Below are positions 27,894 through 35,876 of a DNA stretch of 64,000 nucleotides, piece after piece; position 1 is the first letter of the stretch; the number at the start of each line of letters is the position of its first letter. The translations under genes were made by a program, and so were the position numbers. Location of the stretch: IMG/VR virus record IMGVR_UViG_3300034069_002177, positions 138,738 to 202,737 of that record. One strand, written 5' to 3'. Source of the stretch: a virus (lineage: Duplodnaviria; Caudoviricetes). The notes below the pieces were generated by a model that did no database searches, was not told the origin of the DNA, and worked only from the letters and a program-made list of their open reading frames with translations.

Positions 27894-28571
27894 ATGGAAC
27901 GCTCATTAGAACGTCTCCGTCAGGCAGTTGGACAGAGCCAGGAAGATTACATCCAGAAACTGGACAATCAGTGGCTTGAAACAATTCCCGACCAGTATCG
28001 CGGACACTCGGTAAAGGAAATCACGGGTGGTGTAGCGAAAGACCTCGTTACCGGTGAGTCCCGCACCTTTGAAGCTGGCTGGGATGGCTCATTGAACGAC
28101 GATGGTATCAACAAGCTCAGTGACTATCTCGATGAGCCCACCAATTTTCTCATCATCCGGGGGACTTCCGGTACCGGTAAGTCAACGCTGTCTGCAACGG
28201 TTGGTCGTAAGGTAATGCATGACAAGCAGCTATCCGCTCGATTTGTCAACTCCGTTTCTCTCATCAGTGAGTTCTCCTTCCGTAATGAGCATGCCGACCC
28301 TGTGAAATACTTTGCGTCGTTTGGTCTTTTGGTCATCGACGACCTCGGTGCTGTCAATGAAGCTCTCACTCCCCATCAGCAGAAATCCCTGTGGAACCTC
28401 ATCGAGGCGCGGTGGAGCAACAATGATCGGTACACGATCATTACAACCAACATGGCAATTCAGGATAACAAGGAAGGTGCTGGTCTATCTTCGTGGATTG
28501 GCGAGTCTGGATGGGATAGAATCGCAAGCGACTTGACCCGCGTAAACATGTCCGGGGAGTCATTCCGCTGA
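27894..28571 (+). CDS. DnaC/IstB-family AAA+ helicase loader
   Basis: GAGGTG RBS, Walker A GTSGTGKS, Walker B LVIDDLG, TIITTN, DRI sensor/arginine region. No IstA transposase nearby. Confidence 0.8.
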   Translation: MERSLERLRQAVGQSQEDYIQKLDNQWLETIPDQYRGHSVKEITGGVAKDLVTGESRTFEAGWDGSLNDDGINKLSDYLDEPTNFLIIRGTSGTGKSTLSATVGRKVMHDKQLSARFVNSVSLISEFSFRNEHADPVKYFASFGLLVIDDLGAVNEALTPHQQKSLWNLIEARWSNNDRYTIITTNMAIQDNKEGAGLSSWIGESGWDRIASDLTRVNMSGESFR

Positions 28572-28576
28572 GTGAA

Positions 28577-29998
28577 TTGGAGACTGCCCCTGTGGACCAC
28601 GATATGAGCGAAACATCGGCACCAACAATCGTCAACCTACCCACCCCGACTTTCATGCCGATTGCCGCATTCAATGGGTTATGGGCATCGCAAGCACTAA
28701 CTGCTGACGAGCTACGGGATAACCCACGTCGGGTTGCCGTAGACATGCTGAAACTGTTTTTGGCGAACAAAACGCCGATTACGCTCTGGGGTCCGGTCGG
28801 AGCACGTAAAACTCGTTCTATTCAGTCGCTCGCTGACCTCAAGGATGAGAATGGCGTTCCTTATCAGGTCATCACTATTCAACCCAGCACGGAAGATCCC
28901 ACGGTTATCCACGGCATGATGTTCACCTCCTTGGATGCTGATAGTGGCGAGACCGTCATGCGCCGTTCGCTCCCCTCTGTCGTAGATCAAATCATCAAGT
29001 ATTGGGAAGAACATCATGGTCTTACCATCTTGTTCATGGATGAGATGACGACATGTTTGCCAGCGCAGCAGCATGCGCTGCTTGGTCTTATGACTCACGG
29101 TCATTACGGTGACAAGAACATCCAGCCTTACATCAGTATTGCGATGGCGGCTAACCCCGAAGGCACAGTGTCTACTGTCAATGAGTTGGGTGAACAGGTC
29201 ATCAACCGTGGTGGTCACATTGCATGGTATGGAGATGTCGATCTATTCCTAGAGGAATGGAGTTCCGGCTTCAATAACCCCACTAATGCACCTAGCTCGA
29301 CCGTTCAGTGGTTCATTAGTGAACTTCTTACGCAGTCAAGTGGTGACGCGTTCCGCAGTAAGAATTGGAGTCCTGACGAACTTGTTCCGTGGGATAGCAT
29401 GGAACACACCGAGCGCTCTGTCACCGAACTAGGTCGCATGATTGAACTCATCGATGATGTTTTCAAAGATGCAAAGCCAGCCATCCGTAAGTTCTACATC
29501 ATCGAAGCGACTCGTGCGTTACTCGGCAAGAAGTGGGCAGACAAGATGAGTGCCATTACCGAGCAAGAAACCAAGCGTTACTCGCCCGAAGATGTAGTGG
29601 AGCGAGTTCGTGAAATGGGATTGTCGATGACGAGTCTTCCGAACGACCCGACTGTTAAGGGTGTGAGAGATGCCATTCACGTTCTAGGAGATGGCAAACT
29701 CATCGACCACGCCGCATCAGTGAAACTTATGGAAGGGTTAATGGCTACGGTTACCAAGCGAGGCTTCTCCATCGACGCCTACCTTGCCGCATGGGCGTTT
29801 GGGACGCTCTCACAGGACGAAGGTTTCTCGATGGGACTGCATCAGTACATCGTGTCCCTAGCCACGCAGATAGGCGCTGAGGGCGTCAAGAGTGGAGCAT
29901 TGCAGAGAGGCGTTAGTGTGGTACCCGTTTTTGTGTCAGATGAAATTAAGAACAACATCCGTGCCAGCATTGAACAGAAAAAGGCTGCGGCGGCATGA
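28577..29998 (+). CDS. MoxR-family AAA+ ATPase
   Basis: Walker A-like GPVGARKT, Walker B ILFMDE, PAQQHALL, MAANP, VINRGGH. A vWA partner gene lies 1.6 kb upstream. Confidence 0.8.
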   Translation: METAPVDHDMSETSAPTIVNLPTPTFMPIAAFNGLWASQALTADELRDNPRRVAVDMLKLFLANKTPITLWGPVGARKTRSIQSLADLKDENGVPYQVITIQPSTEDPTVIHGMMFTSLDADSGETVMRRSLPSVVDQIIKYWEEHHGLTILFMDEMTTCLPAQQHALLGLMTHGHYGDKNIQPYISIAMAANPEGTVSTVNELGEQVINRGGHIAWYGDVDLFLEEWSSGFNNPTNAPSSTVQWFISELLTQSSGDAFRSKNWSPDELVPWDSMEHTERSVTELGRMIELIDDVFKDAKPAIRKFYIIEATRALLGKKWADKMSAITEQETKRYSPEDVVERVREMGLSMTSLPNDPTVKGVRDAIHVLGDGKLIDHAASVKLMEGLMATVTKRGFSIDAYLAAWAFGTLSQDEGFSMGLHQYIVSLATQIGAEGVKSGALQRGVSVVPVFVSDEIKNNIRASIEQKKAAAA

Positions 29999-30261
29999 CG
30001 GATGAACTGCGCTACGATTTGATTCAATCACCTAAAGCTAAGAACTTCCTTATCGAGTGGAGTTCTAACTTCGGAATTGGTGCCGTTTTCATATCCATTT
30101 TGCTGCCTGTCATCGGTGTCATCCTCGCCGTGTATTCCATCATCTTCTCTCTAAAACTCAGAGGCAAGCTGTATCTTTTCCCTTGGCTCGCGTTACTCAT
30201 TTCGGTTGGTCTACTTTTTGTCCACGTTTACGTCTGGTCGAACATTCTGTACTCGATTTAG
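29995..30261 (+). CDS. Small two-TM membrane protein
   Basis: 88 aa, ATGA overlap with the moxR stop, two hydrophobic helices. Confidence 0.65.
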   Translation: MTDELRYDLIQSPKAKNFLIEWSSNFGIGAVFISILLPVIGVILAVYSIIFSLKLRGKLYLFPWLALLISVGLLFVHVYVWSNILYSI

Positions 30262-30276
30262 GGTCTAAGATAGTTG

Positions 30277-30305
30277 TTGTGAGATTGATTGCCGTGTGGT
30301 AATCT
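30277..30305 (+). promoter_or_regulatory. dnaE promoter
   Basis: TTGTGA-17 bp-TAATCT with extended -10 (TGG). Confidence 0.55.
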
Positions 30306-30334
30306 GTCGCCACATAAGACATGAGGTTTACAGA

Positions 30335-33300
30335 TTGACTGACAACAGATTCGTGCATTTGCACACCCACTCCGACTTCTCCCTACTCGATGGCAAGTCG
30401 TCGATTAAGGAAATCGTCGAGCTAGCTGTCAAGTACAACCAGCCGGGTGTTGCCATTACTGATCATGGTTCAATGGCTGGTACCGTACAGCTTCTAGAGC
30501 AGGCGAATGCCTTGAAGAAGGCAGGAACCGACTTCACTCCCATTCCCGGATTAGAAGCCTATTACGTCGAGGATGCCGAGATCATCAAGACTCAGCGCGC
30601 GCAGGGCATTACTCCGAATCGTAATCGTTACCACATGATTCTTCTTGCTGTGAACACCACCGGCTATAAGAACCTCATGAAGATCCAGTCGGTTTCTTCG
30701 ATGGAGAACTACTACTTCAAGCCCTTGGTTGACGATGCACTTTTGGCTGAGAACCATGAGGGCATCGTTGCTACCAGCGGATGCCTTGGTTCCATTGTCA
30801 ACAAGTTGCTCATGGAAGGTGAATTCCAGAAAGCTGTCGCTGTTGCTAGCCGACACCAAGACCTTTTTGGTCGCGACAACTACTTTGTCGAGGTCCAGAA
30901 CCACAACATCCCTGATCAGCTTCAAATTATCCCTGACCAGATTCGTCTTGCAAAAGCTATCGGCGCACCTTTACTTGCAACTCAGGACTCTCACTACAAC
31001 CACAAGCACGAAGCAGAGATGCATGACTCGCTTATCACCATGCAGACCGCTGGTGCCAAGCTGGCAGACGAACACCGTTTCCGCTTCTCGTCGGATGAGA
31101 ACTTCTTCCGCACATCCGAGGAAATGTGGGAGCTTTTTCCTCACAGCGAGTTCCCTGATGCATGCGCCAACACTCTTGTAATCGAAGAACGTGCCAGAGA
31201 TATTGAAATTCCTCTCCACAGTTCGGATAATTACCTCATCCCTACGTTCCCTACAGATGATGGAAAGACTGAGGCGGAGCAGCTTCGCGAAGATGTCATC
31301 ATCGGCGCACGCGAAAGATACGGCGTCGGTAAGGACAAGAAGCTTCCCGAGAACGTTACCGAAAAGATCGACTTTGAGTTGGGCGTTATCAACTCGATGG
31401 GATTCAACGGTTACTTCCTTATGGTTGCTGACCTCATTAAGGCTGCCCAGAACATGGGTTACCTCGTCGGTCCGGGTCGTGGTTCGGCACCCGGTTCAAT
31501 CGTTTCGTACACAACCGGCATTACCAAGGTGGACCCTATCCACTACGGTCTCTACTTCGAGCGGTTCCTCAACCCTGGTCGAAAGTCGATGCCTGATATC
31601 GATATCGACTTCGAGCCTGCAAGCCGCGCTCCGATGGTGAAGTACGTTCAGGAGAAGTATGGTCACGACCGAGTAGCAAAGATTGCTACATACTCCGTTT
31701 TCAAGCCCAAGTCTGCTCTACAGAAAGCCGCGTTTATTCTCGGTCTGAGCAACAAGGTTGGTTCCATCGCTTCTGGTCTCTGGCCGGGGACGATTGATGG
31801 TGTTGAGGCTAAGCTCTGGCAGGTCATGCAAGAGAAAAGCCCACCCGAAGACAGTTCGTACTATCACCACTGGCGAGCAGGTCGAGCACTCCGTGAGTTC
31901 TCTCAGCGTGACGACGAGATTAGAGAAATGTTCCGAGTTGCACTCGGTGTCGAAGGTGTTCACAACAATCACGGTACTCACGCTGCTGCCGTTCTTATCA
32001 CGCCTGAGGCATTGACGAACTTCGTTCCGCTTCACCGTTCTAAGAAGGAAGACGATAACGTTCCTGTCTGTGAATATGACAAGGATGATGCCGAAGCAAT
32101 CGGTGGACTAAAGATGGACTTCCTAGGTCTCATCAACCTTGAAATCATCAAGAAAGCACTTGTCTCGATCAAGCGTGACATGGGCGTCGATGTAGATCTA
32201 GACAAGATTCCTCTTGACGACCCGAAGACGTTCAAGATGCTCGCTTCCGGTGAGACTGATGGTGTATTCCAGCTTACCTCCCCTGGTATGCGAGACCTAC
32301 TTCGACGAGTCAACCCTGACAGCGTGGAAGACCTTTCGGCTGTCATCGCTTTGTACCGTCCGGGTCCGATGGGTACCGACCTTCACTTGGCTTACGCTGA
32401 GGCAAAGAACGGTCGCGCGCGCGTTGAAGTCCCACACGAGTACATGCATGAAATGTTCGCTGATACCTACGGCGTTCTTTGCTACCAAGAGCAGGTCATG
32501 GCGCTCTCCCAGCACTATGCTGGCTATAACGCCACCGAGGCTGACGACTTCCGCAAGGCTGTGGGTAAGAAAGACGCCGTAAAGCTCGCGGCTCAGGAGA
32601 TTCCTTTCAAGGCTGGTGTGATTGAACGAGGCTATGGCGAGCAGGTTGCTAATGACCTCTGGGCTATGATTCCGCCGTTCGCCGCATATGCGTTCAACAA
32701 GGCTCACTCAGTGGTCTATGCATACGTCGCCTACTGGACTGCTTGGCTGAAGGCTAACTACACGGCTCAGTATGCAGCGGCATGTATTGACACTCAGGAC
32801 CGCGACCGCCGTACCGCTCAGGTCGCTTCTGCACGAAAGATGCATGTCAACGTGTTCCCGCCGAACATCAACCAGTCCAACGGCGATTCAACCACTACTA
32901 AGGATGGCATCTGGCTGGGTCTTTCTGGTGTTCGTAACTGTGGTGGTAGCACCCTGACCAATATTTTGGCTGAGCGCAGCCGTGGAGGCGATTTCACTTC
33001 TATCGGTGACTTCATGGTGCGTATGGCTGGTGCTGGTGGTATCAACAAGCAGGCTCTATTCCACCTCACGGCGGCGGGGGCATTCGACACCCTTATCGGT
33101 TCGCGTATGTCGCTGCACGTCAACTTGGAAAAGATGCTCGCTGAAAGCCGAGTGACCTCGAAGTCTACAAAAGCTAAGGTCGGCATGTTCGACTTGTTCG
33201 ATGCGATTGTCGAGGAAGAACCTCTCTCAGAATTCAAACTGAACGGTGATGACTACTCCATTGCTGAGAAAATCGCCGCAGAAATTGAAGCACTTGGATT

Positions 33301-34225
33301 CGCTGCTGGTGACCACCCGTACTCGCTCATCAAGAACATCATTCCCTCATATCAGGCTGATGGAAAAATTGACCCTCGTGCCATTGAAATGGGAGTATTC
33401 GTTCGAGCTATCAGCAAGGTGGATAGCGAAATCGAGAGAAACGAACGTGATGGAATTCGCAGTATTGCGGAAGGTAGCCAGGTGTTCCTTTACGGAACCA
33501 TCACCGCTCACAAGGTAAAGGGTGCCAAAAACGGCAACGGTCGTCCGCAACACAACTTCCTTTTGGAGAATGACAACGGTGATATCGTCGATGTCATTTG
33601 GTATGGCGGAACCGAAGACGCAATTGCCAACGGTCAGTTTGCTGTTGTTGGTGGTACTTATCAGGTTCGTGAACTTTCTGATGCTGACGGTAACCCTTAC
33701 GACAAGGTAGAAATTCGCGCAACCAACGTTTCTTCCAGTTCCATCGATGACATCATCAGTGGAAACAGTGGCGGACTTGTTACGTCGGCTAGCTCTGAGG
33801 ATCTTGCTCGTGCGATGACTAACCGGAAGCGTGCTGAGCGTCGTGGTACTCGCGGTTCGGATGTTGTCGAGGAAACTCCCGCAACTCAGAGTCAAGATGA
33901 CGAATACCAGGCATTGATTGCATCTAGGCGTAACCGTCGTCGTGGTTCTGACGAAACGGATAGTGCTGTCGCCGTCGCGGAGGCTCCTGTTGATGCCGCT
34001 GTCCCAGCAGCTAAGGAAGAGCTAACCGCTGTGACCTTCTTTGCTACAAGTCAGGATGAAGTTCGAGATCTGATGGATGCAATGGAAAGCATGGTCGAGG
34101 GAAGCGTTTTCATAACCATTCTCCACGGTAAGAAAAAGTATGCCGCTGAAGAAGGTTCGAAGATTAGCCTTCGCGGTATCCAGCGTATCGCCAAAATAAC
34201 CGGGGTGGAGTTCGAGCACAAGTGA
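30335..34225 (+). CDS. dnaE: DNA polymerase III alpha subunit (DnaE1-like, PHP domain intact)
   Basis: FVHLHTHS, TDHG, GLEAY, GPGRGSAPGS, catalytic SMPDIDIDF, KMDFLGL, YAFNKAHS, clamp-binding-like MFDLF, OB domain. TTG 30335 follows a GAGG RBS. Confidence 0.97.
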   Translation: MTDNRFVHLHTHSDFSLLDGKSSIKEIVELAVKYNQPGVAITDHGSMAGTVQLLEQANALKKAGTDFTPIPGLEAYYVEDAEIIKTQRAQGITPNRNRYHMILLAVNTTGYKNLMKIQSVSSMENYYFKPLVDDALLAENHEGIVATSGCLGSIVNKLLMEGEFQKAVAVASRHQDLFGRDNYFVEVQNHNIPDQLQIIPDQIRLAKAIGAPLLATQDSHYNHKHEAEMHDSLITMQTAGAKLADEHRFRFSSDENFFRTSEEMWELFPHSEFPDACANTLVIEERARDIEIPLHSSDNYLIPTFPTDDGKTEAEQLREDVIIGARERYGVGKDKKLPENVTEKIDFELGVINSMGFNGYFLMVADLIKAAQNMGYLVGPGRGSAPGSIVSYTTGITKVDPIHYGLYFERFLNPGRKSMPDIDIDFEPASRAPMVKYVQEKYGHDRVAKIATYSVFKPKSALQKAAFILGLSNKVGSIASGLWPGTIDGVEAKLWQVMQEKSPPEDSSYYHHWRAGRALREFSQRDDEIREMFRVALGVEGVHNNHGTHAAAVLITPEALTNFVPLHRSKKEDDNVPVCEYDKDDAEAIGGLKMDFLGLINLEIIKKALVSIKRDMGVDVDLDKIPLDDPKTFKMLASGETDGVFQLTSPGMRDLLRRVNPDSVEDLSAVIALYRPGPMGTDLHLAYAEAKNGRARVEVPHEYMHEMFADTYGVLCYQEQVMALSQHYAGYNATEADDFRKAVGKKDAVKLAAQEIPFKAGVIERGYGEQVANDLWAMIPPFAAYAFNKAHSVVYAYVAYWTAWLKANYTAQYAAACIDTQDRDRRTAQVASARKMHVNVFPPNINQSNGDSTTTKDGIWLGLSGVRNCGGSTLTNILAERSRGGDFTSIGDFMVRMAGAGGINKQALFHLTAAGAFDTLIGSRMSLHVNLEKMLAESRVTSKSTKAKVGMFDLFDAIVEEEPLSEFKLNGDDYSIAEKIAAEIEALGFAAGDHPYSLIKNIIPSYQADGKIDPRAIEMGVFVRAISKVDSEIERNERDGIRSIAEGSQVFLYGTITAHKVKGAKNGNGRPQHNFLLENDNGDIVDVIWYGGTEDAIANGQFAVVGGTYQVRELSDADGNPYDKVEIRATNVSSSSIDDIISGNSGGLVTSASSEDLARAMTNRKRAERRGTRGSDVVEETPATQSQDDEYQALIASRRNRRRGSDETDSAVAVAEAPVDAAVPAAKEELTAVTFFATSQDEVRDLMDAMESMVEGSVFITILHGKKKYAAEEGSKISLRGIQRIAKITGVEFEHK

Positions 34226-34245
34226 GTTAGGTCGAAGAACAAGTG

Positions 34246-34280
34246 AGGGCGGGTAGCTAATAAGCTACCCGCCCTTCTTT
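34246..34280. terminator. Bidirectional terminator between convergent dnaE and dnaB
   Basis: AGGGCGGGTAGCT-AATA-AGCTACCCGCCCT, a perfect 13-bp stem followed by TCTTT. Confidence 0.8.
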
Positions 34281-34303
34281 GGTTCCTCAAACAAGGAGAA
34301 TGA

Positions 34304-35734
34304 TTACTCCTGGTAATCCTCGTGTTCGCTACCACCCTCAGATCCCATGTTCTCTCCCGAAGCCTCACTTGCTTCTGAAAGATCCGTCACGTACTGAATG
34401 GTCGGGTTGTAGTACGCCTGGCATTCACCAGCAACTCCGGTACGAACAAGAGCGAGCCACATGTCCATGATGTAATCGGGCTGAGTCTCGTCCTGTAGTG
34501 CCTTGCGGTTCAACATGATGACGTTATCCGCTGTCTGCTCCAAGTCACCAGATTCACGAAGTTGGTGCGGCTTAGGCATACCATCTTCTTCGTTCTTTCC
34601 CGAGTCACGGTTTACCTGAGCAGCCATGATGACAGGTCCGTCGATTTCCTGAGCGAAGACCTTTAGCTTGCGAGCAACCTGACCGATTTCGGCGGTACGG
34701 TTAGCAACACCCTCGACTAGTAGCTGTGCATAGTCGATATAAAGCACCATCTTCAAATTAGGATGACGCTGCTGTGCCTGCCATGCTGCCGCAATGATGG
34801 TATCAACACCATGAGTGATGTCATTGGTGAAGATGGGGTAAAACATTGCTGCCCTAAGCTCGGCTTCGGCGCGACGCAATTCTTCTCCGTCTTCGGGAGA
34901 GAAGCTGTCTCTATCTCGCTTATTGTCGAGCATGTCAGCGATATCACGCTGAGGTACCATCGACAGGGCGGAAAGTAGTTTGGAGTAAAGCTCTTTGTAA
35001 CCAAGCTCCAACGAAGCAAAGACAACGACGAGACCATCAGCCAGATTAGCCAGAATGGCATTCAGCATGACTGTGGTCTTACCTACCTTAGGTCGGGCTG
35101 CGATGATGGATAGGCTTCCTGCACCAAAACCTCCCTGAAGTCGAAGGTCTAGAGACTTGACGCCAGAGGATGCACGGACAGAAACAGAAAGACCTTCTTC
35201 TGCTTCATGCTTCTCGATCTGCTCACCGAAAGTCTTGATATCTGTAGTCATCATGCTCTGCTCGGAAGCAAGGACTCTCAAACCAGATGCAATCTCGTTG
35301 GGGTTAGGCTGATCTTCACCAGCTATCTTGACGAGTTCACGCATTCCACCCATCAAAGAACGAAGTCGCTGCTTCTCAACGAGCTTCTTTGCCGCCGCCG
35401 AAACGTCGTCTGCCGACCGCAATGTTGCTGAAGTCTGAAGAATCGAAAGGTATCCACTTACGGTAGGAACAAGATTGTTCGACTCGCGGTGGAGGATAAC
35501 CTCATCCGAAACGGTGGTCACTGTAATAGGTGTGCCGCCGTTATAGAGCGCACTGATAGCCTTGGCTACCAACCGGTGATCTGATTCAAAGAACAGGTCG
35601 GAGATTTCGATTCCCTCTGCTGCCTGTTCTACCTTGCGCCACCACACTGCACCTTCTTGCAAGCAGGTACCAAGAATGTCCTGCTCGATTTCCAGGGCGG
35701 AGGGCAAGTCAATGATGTTGTCTTTTTCTGCCAA
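34304..35734 (-). CDS. dnaB: Replicative DNA helicase
   Basis: EIEQDILG, FFESDHRLV, Walker A ARPKVGKT, YIDYAQL, QVNR, LRESGDLEQTAD. TTG 35734 with GAGG RBS is preferred over 35941. Confidence 0.93.
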   Translation of the reverse strand: MAEKDNIIDLPSALEIEQDILGTCLQEGAVWWRKVEQAAEGIEISDLFFESDHRLVAKAISALYNGGTPITVTTVSDEVILHRESNNLVPTVSGYLSILQTSATLRSADDVSAAAKKLVEKQRLRSLMGGMRELVKIAGEDQPNPNEIASGLRVLASEQSMMTTDIKTFGEQIEKHEAEEGLSVSVRASSGVKSLDLRLQGGFGAGSLSIIAARPKVGKTTVMLNAILANLADGLVVVFASLELGYKELYSKLLSALSMVPQRDIADMLDNKRDRDSFSPEDGEELRRAEAELRAAMFYPIFTNDITHGVDTIIAAAWQAQQRHPNLKMVLYIDYAQLLVEGVANRTAEIGQVARKLKVFAQEIDGPVIMAAQVNRDSGKNEEDGMPKPHQLRESGDLEQTADNVIMLNRKALQDETQPDYIMDMWLALVRTGVAGECQAYYNPTIQYVTDLSEASEASGENMGSEGGSEHEDYQE

Positions 35735-35760
35735 CGTATTCCTCTTATCGCTTGGCTGAC

Positions 35761-35851
35761 ACTGTACCAAACAACTTTGCCGAAGTCTACTTCTCGCGAG
35801 CATTAAGTCGTGCCAAAGAACACTGGACAAAAGGGCTGGGTTGTGTATGAT
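35761..35851. promoter_or_regulatory. Divergent promoters for dnaB (-) and the SNF2 helicase (+)
   Basis: - strand: TAGACT-17-TGG.TACAGT (35761-35789). + strand: TGGACA-16-TATGAT (35824-35851). Confidence 0.55.
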
Positions 35852-35876
35852 GGGTGCACTAATATCGAAAGCGTGA

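Noticed and set aside
27894-28571. IstB-like ATPase as evidence for an IS21 element
   Set aside because: No IstA/DDE transposase or terminal inverted repeats; the replication-gene context favours a helicase loader.
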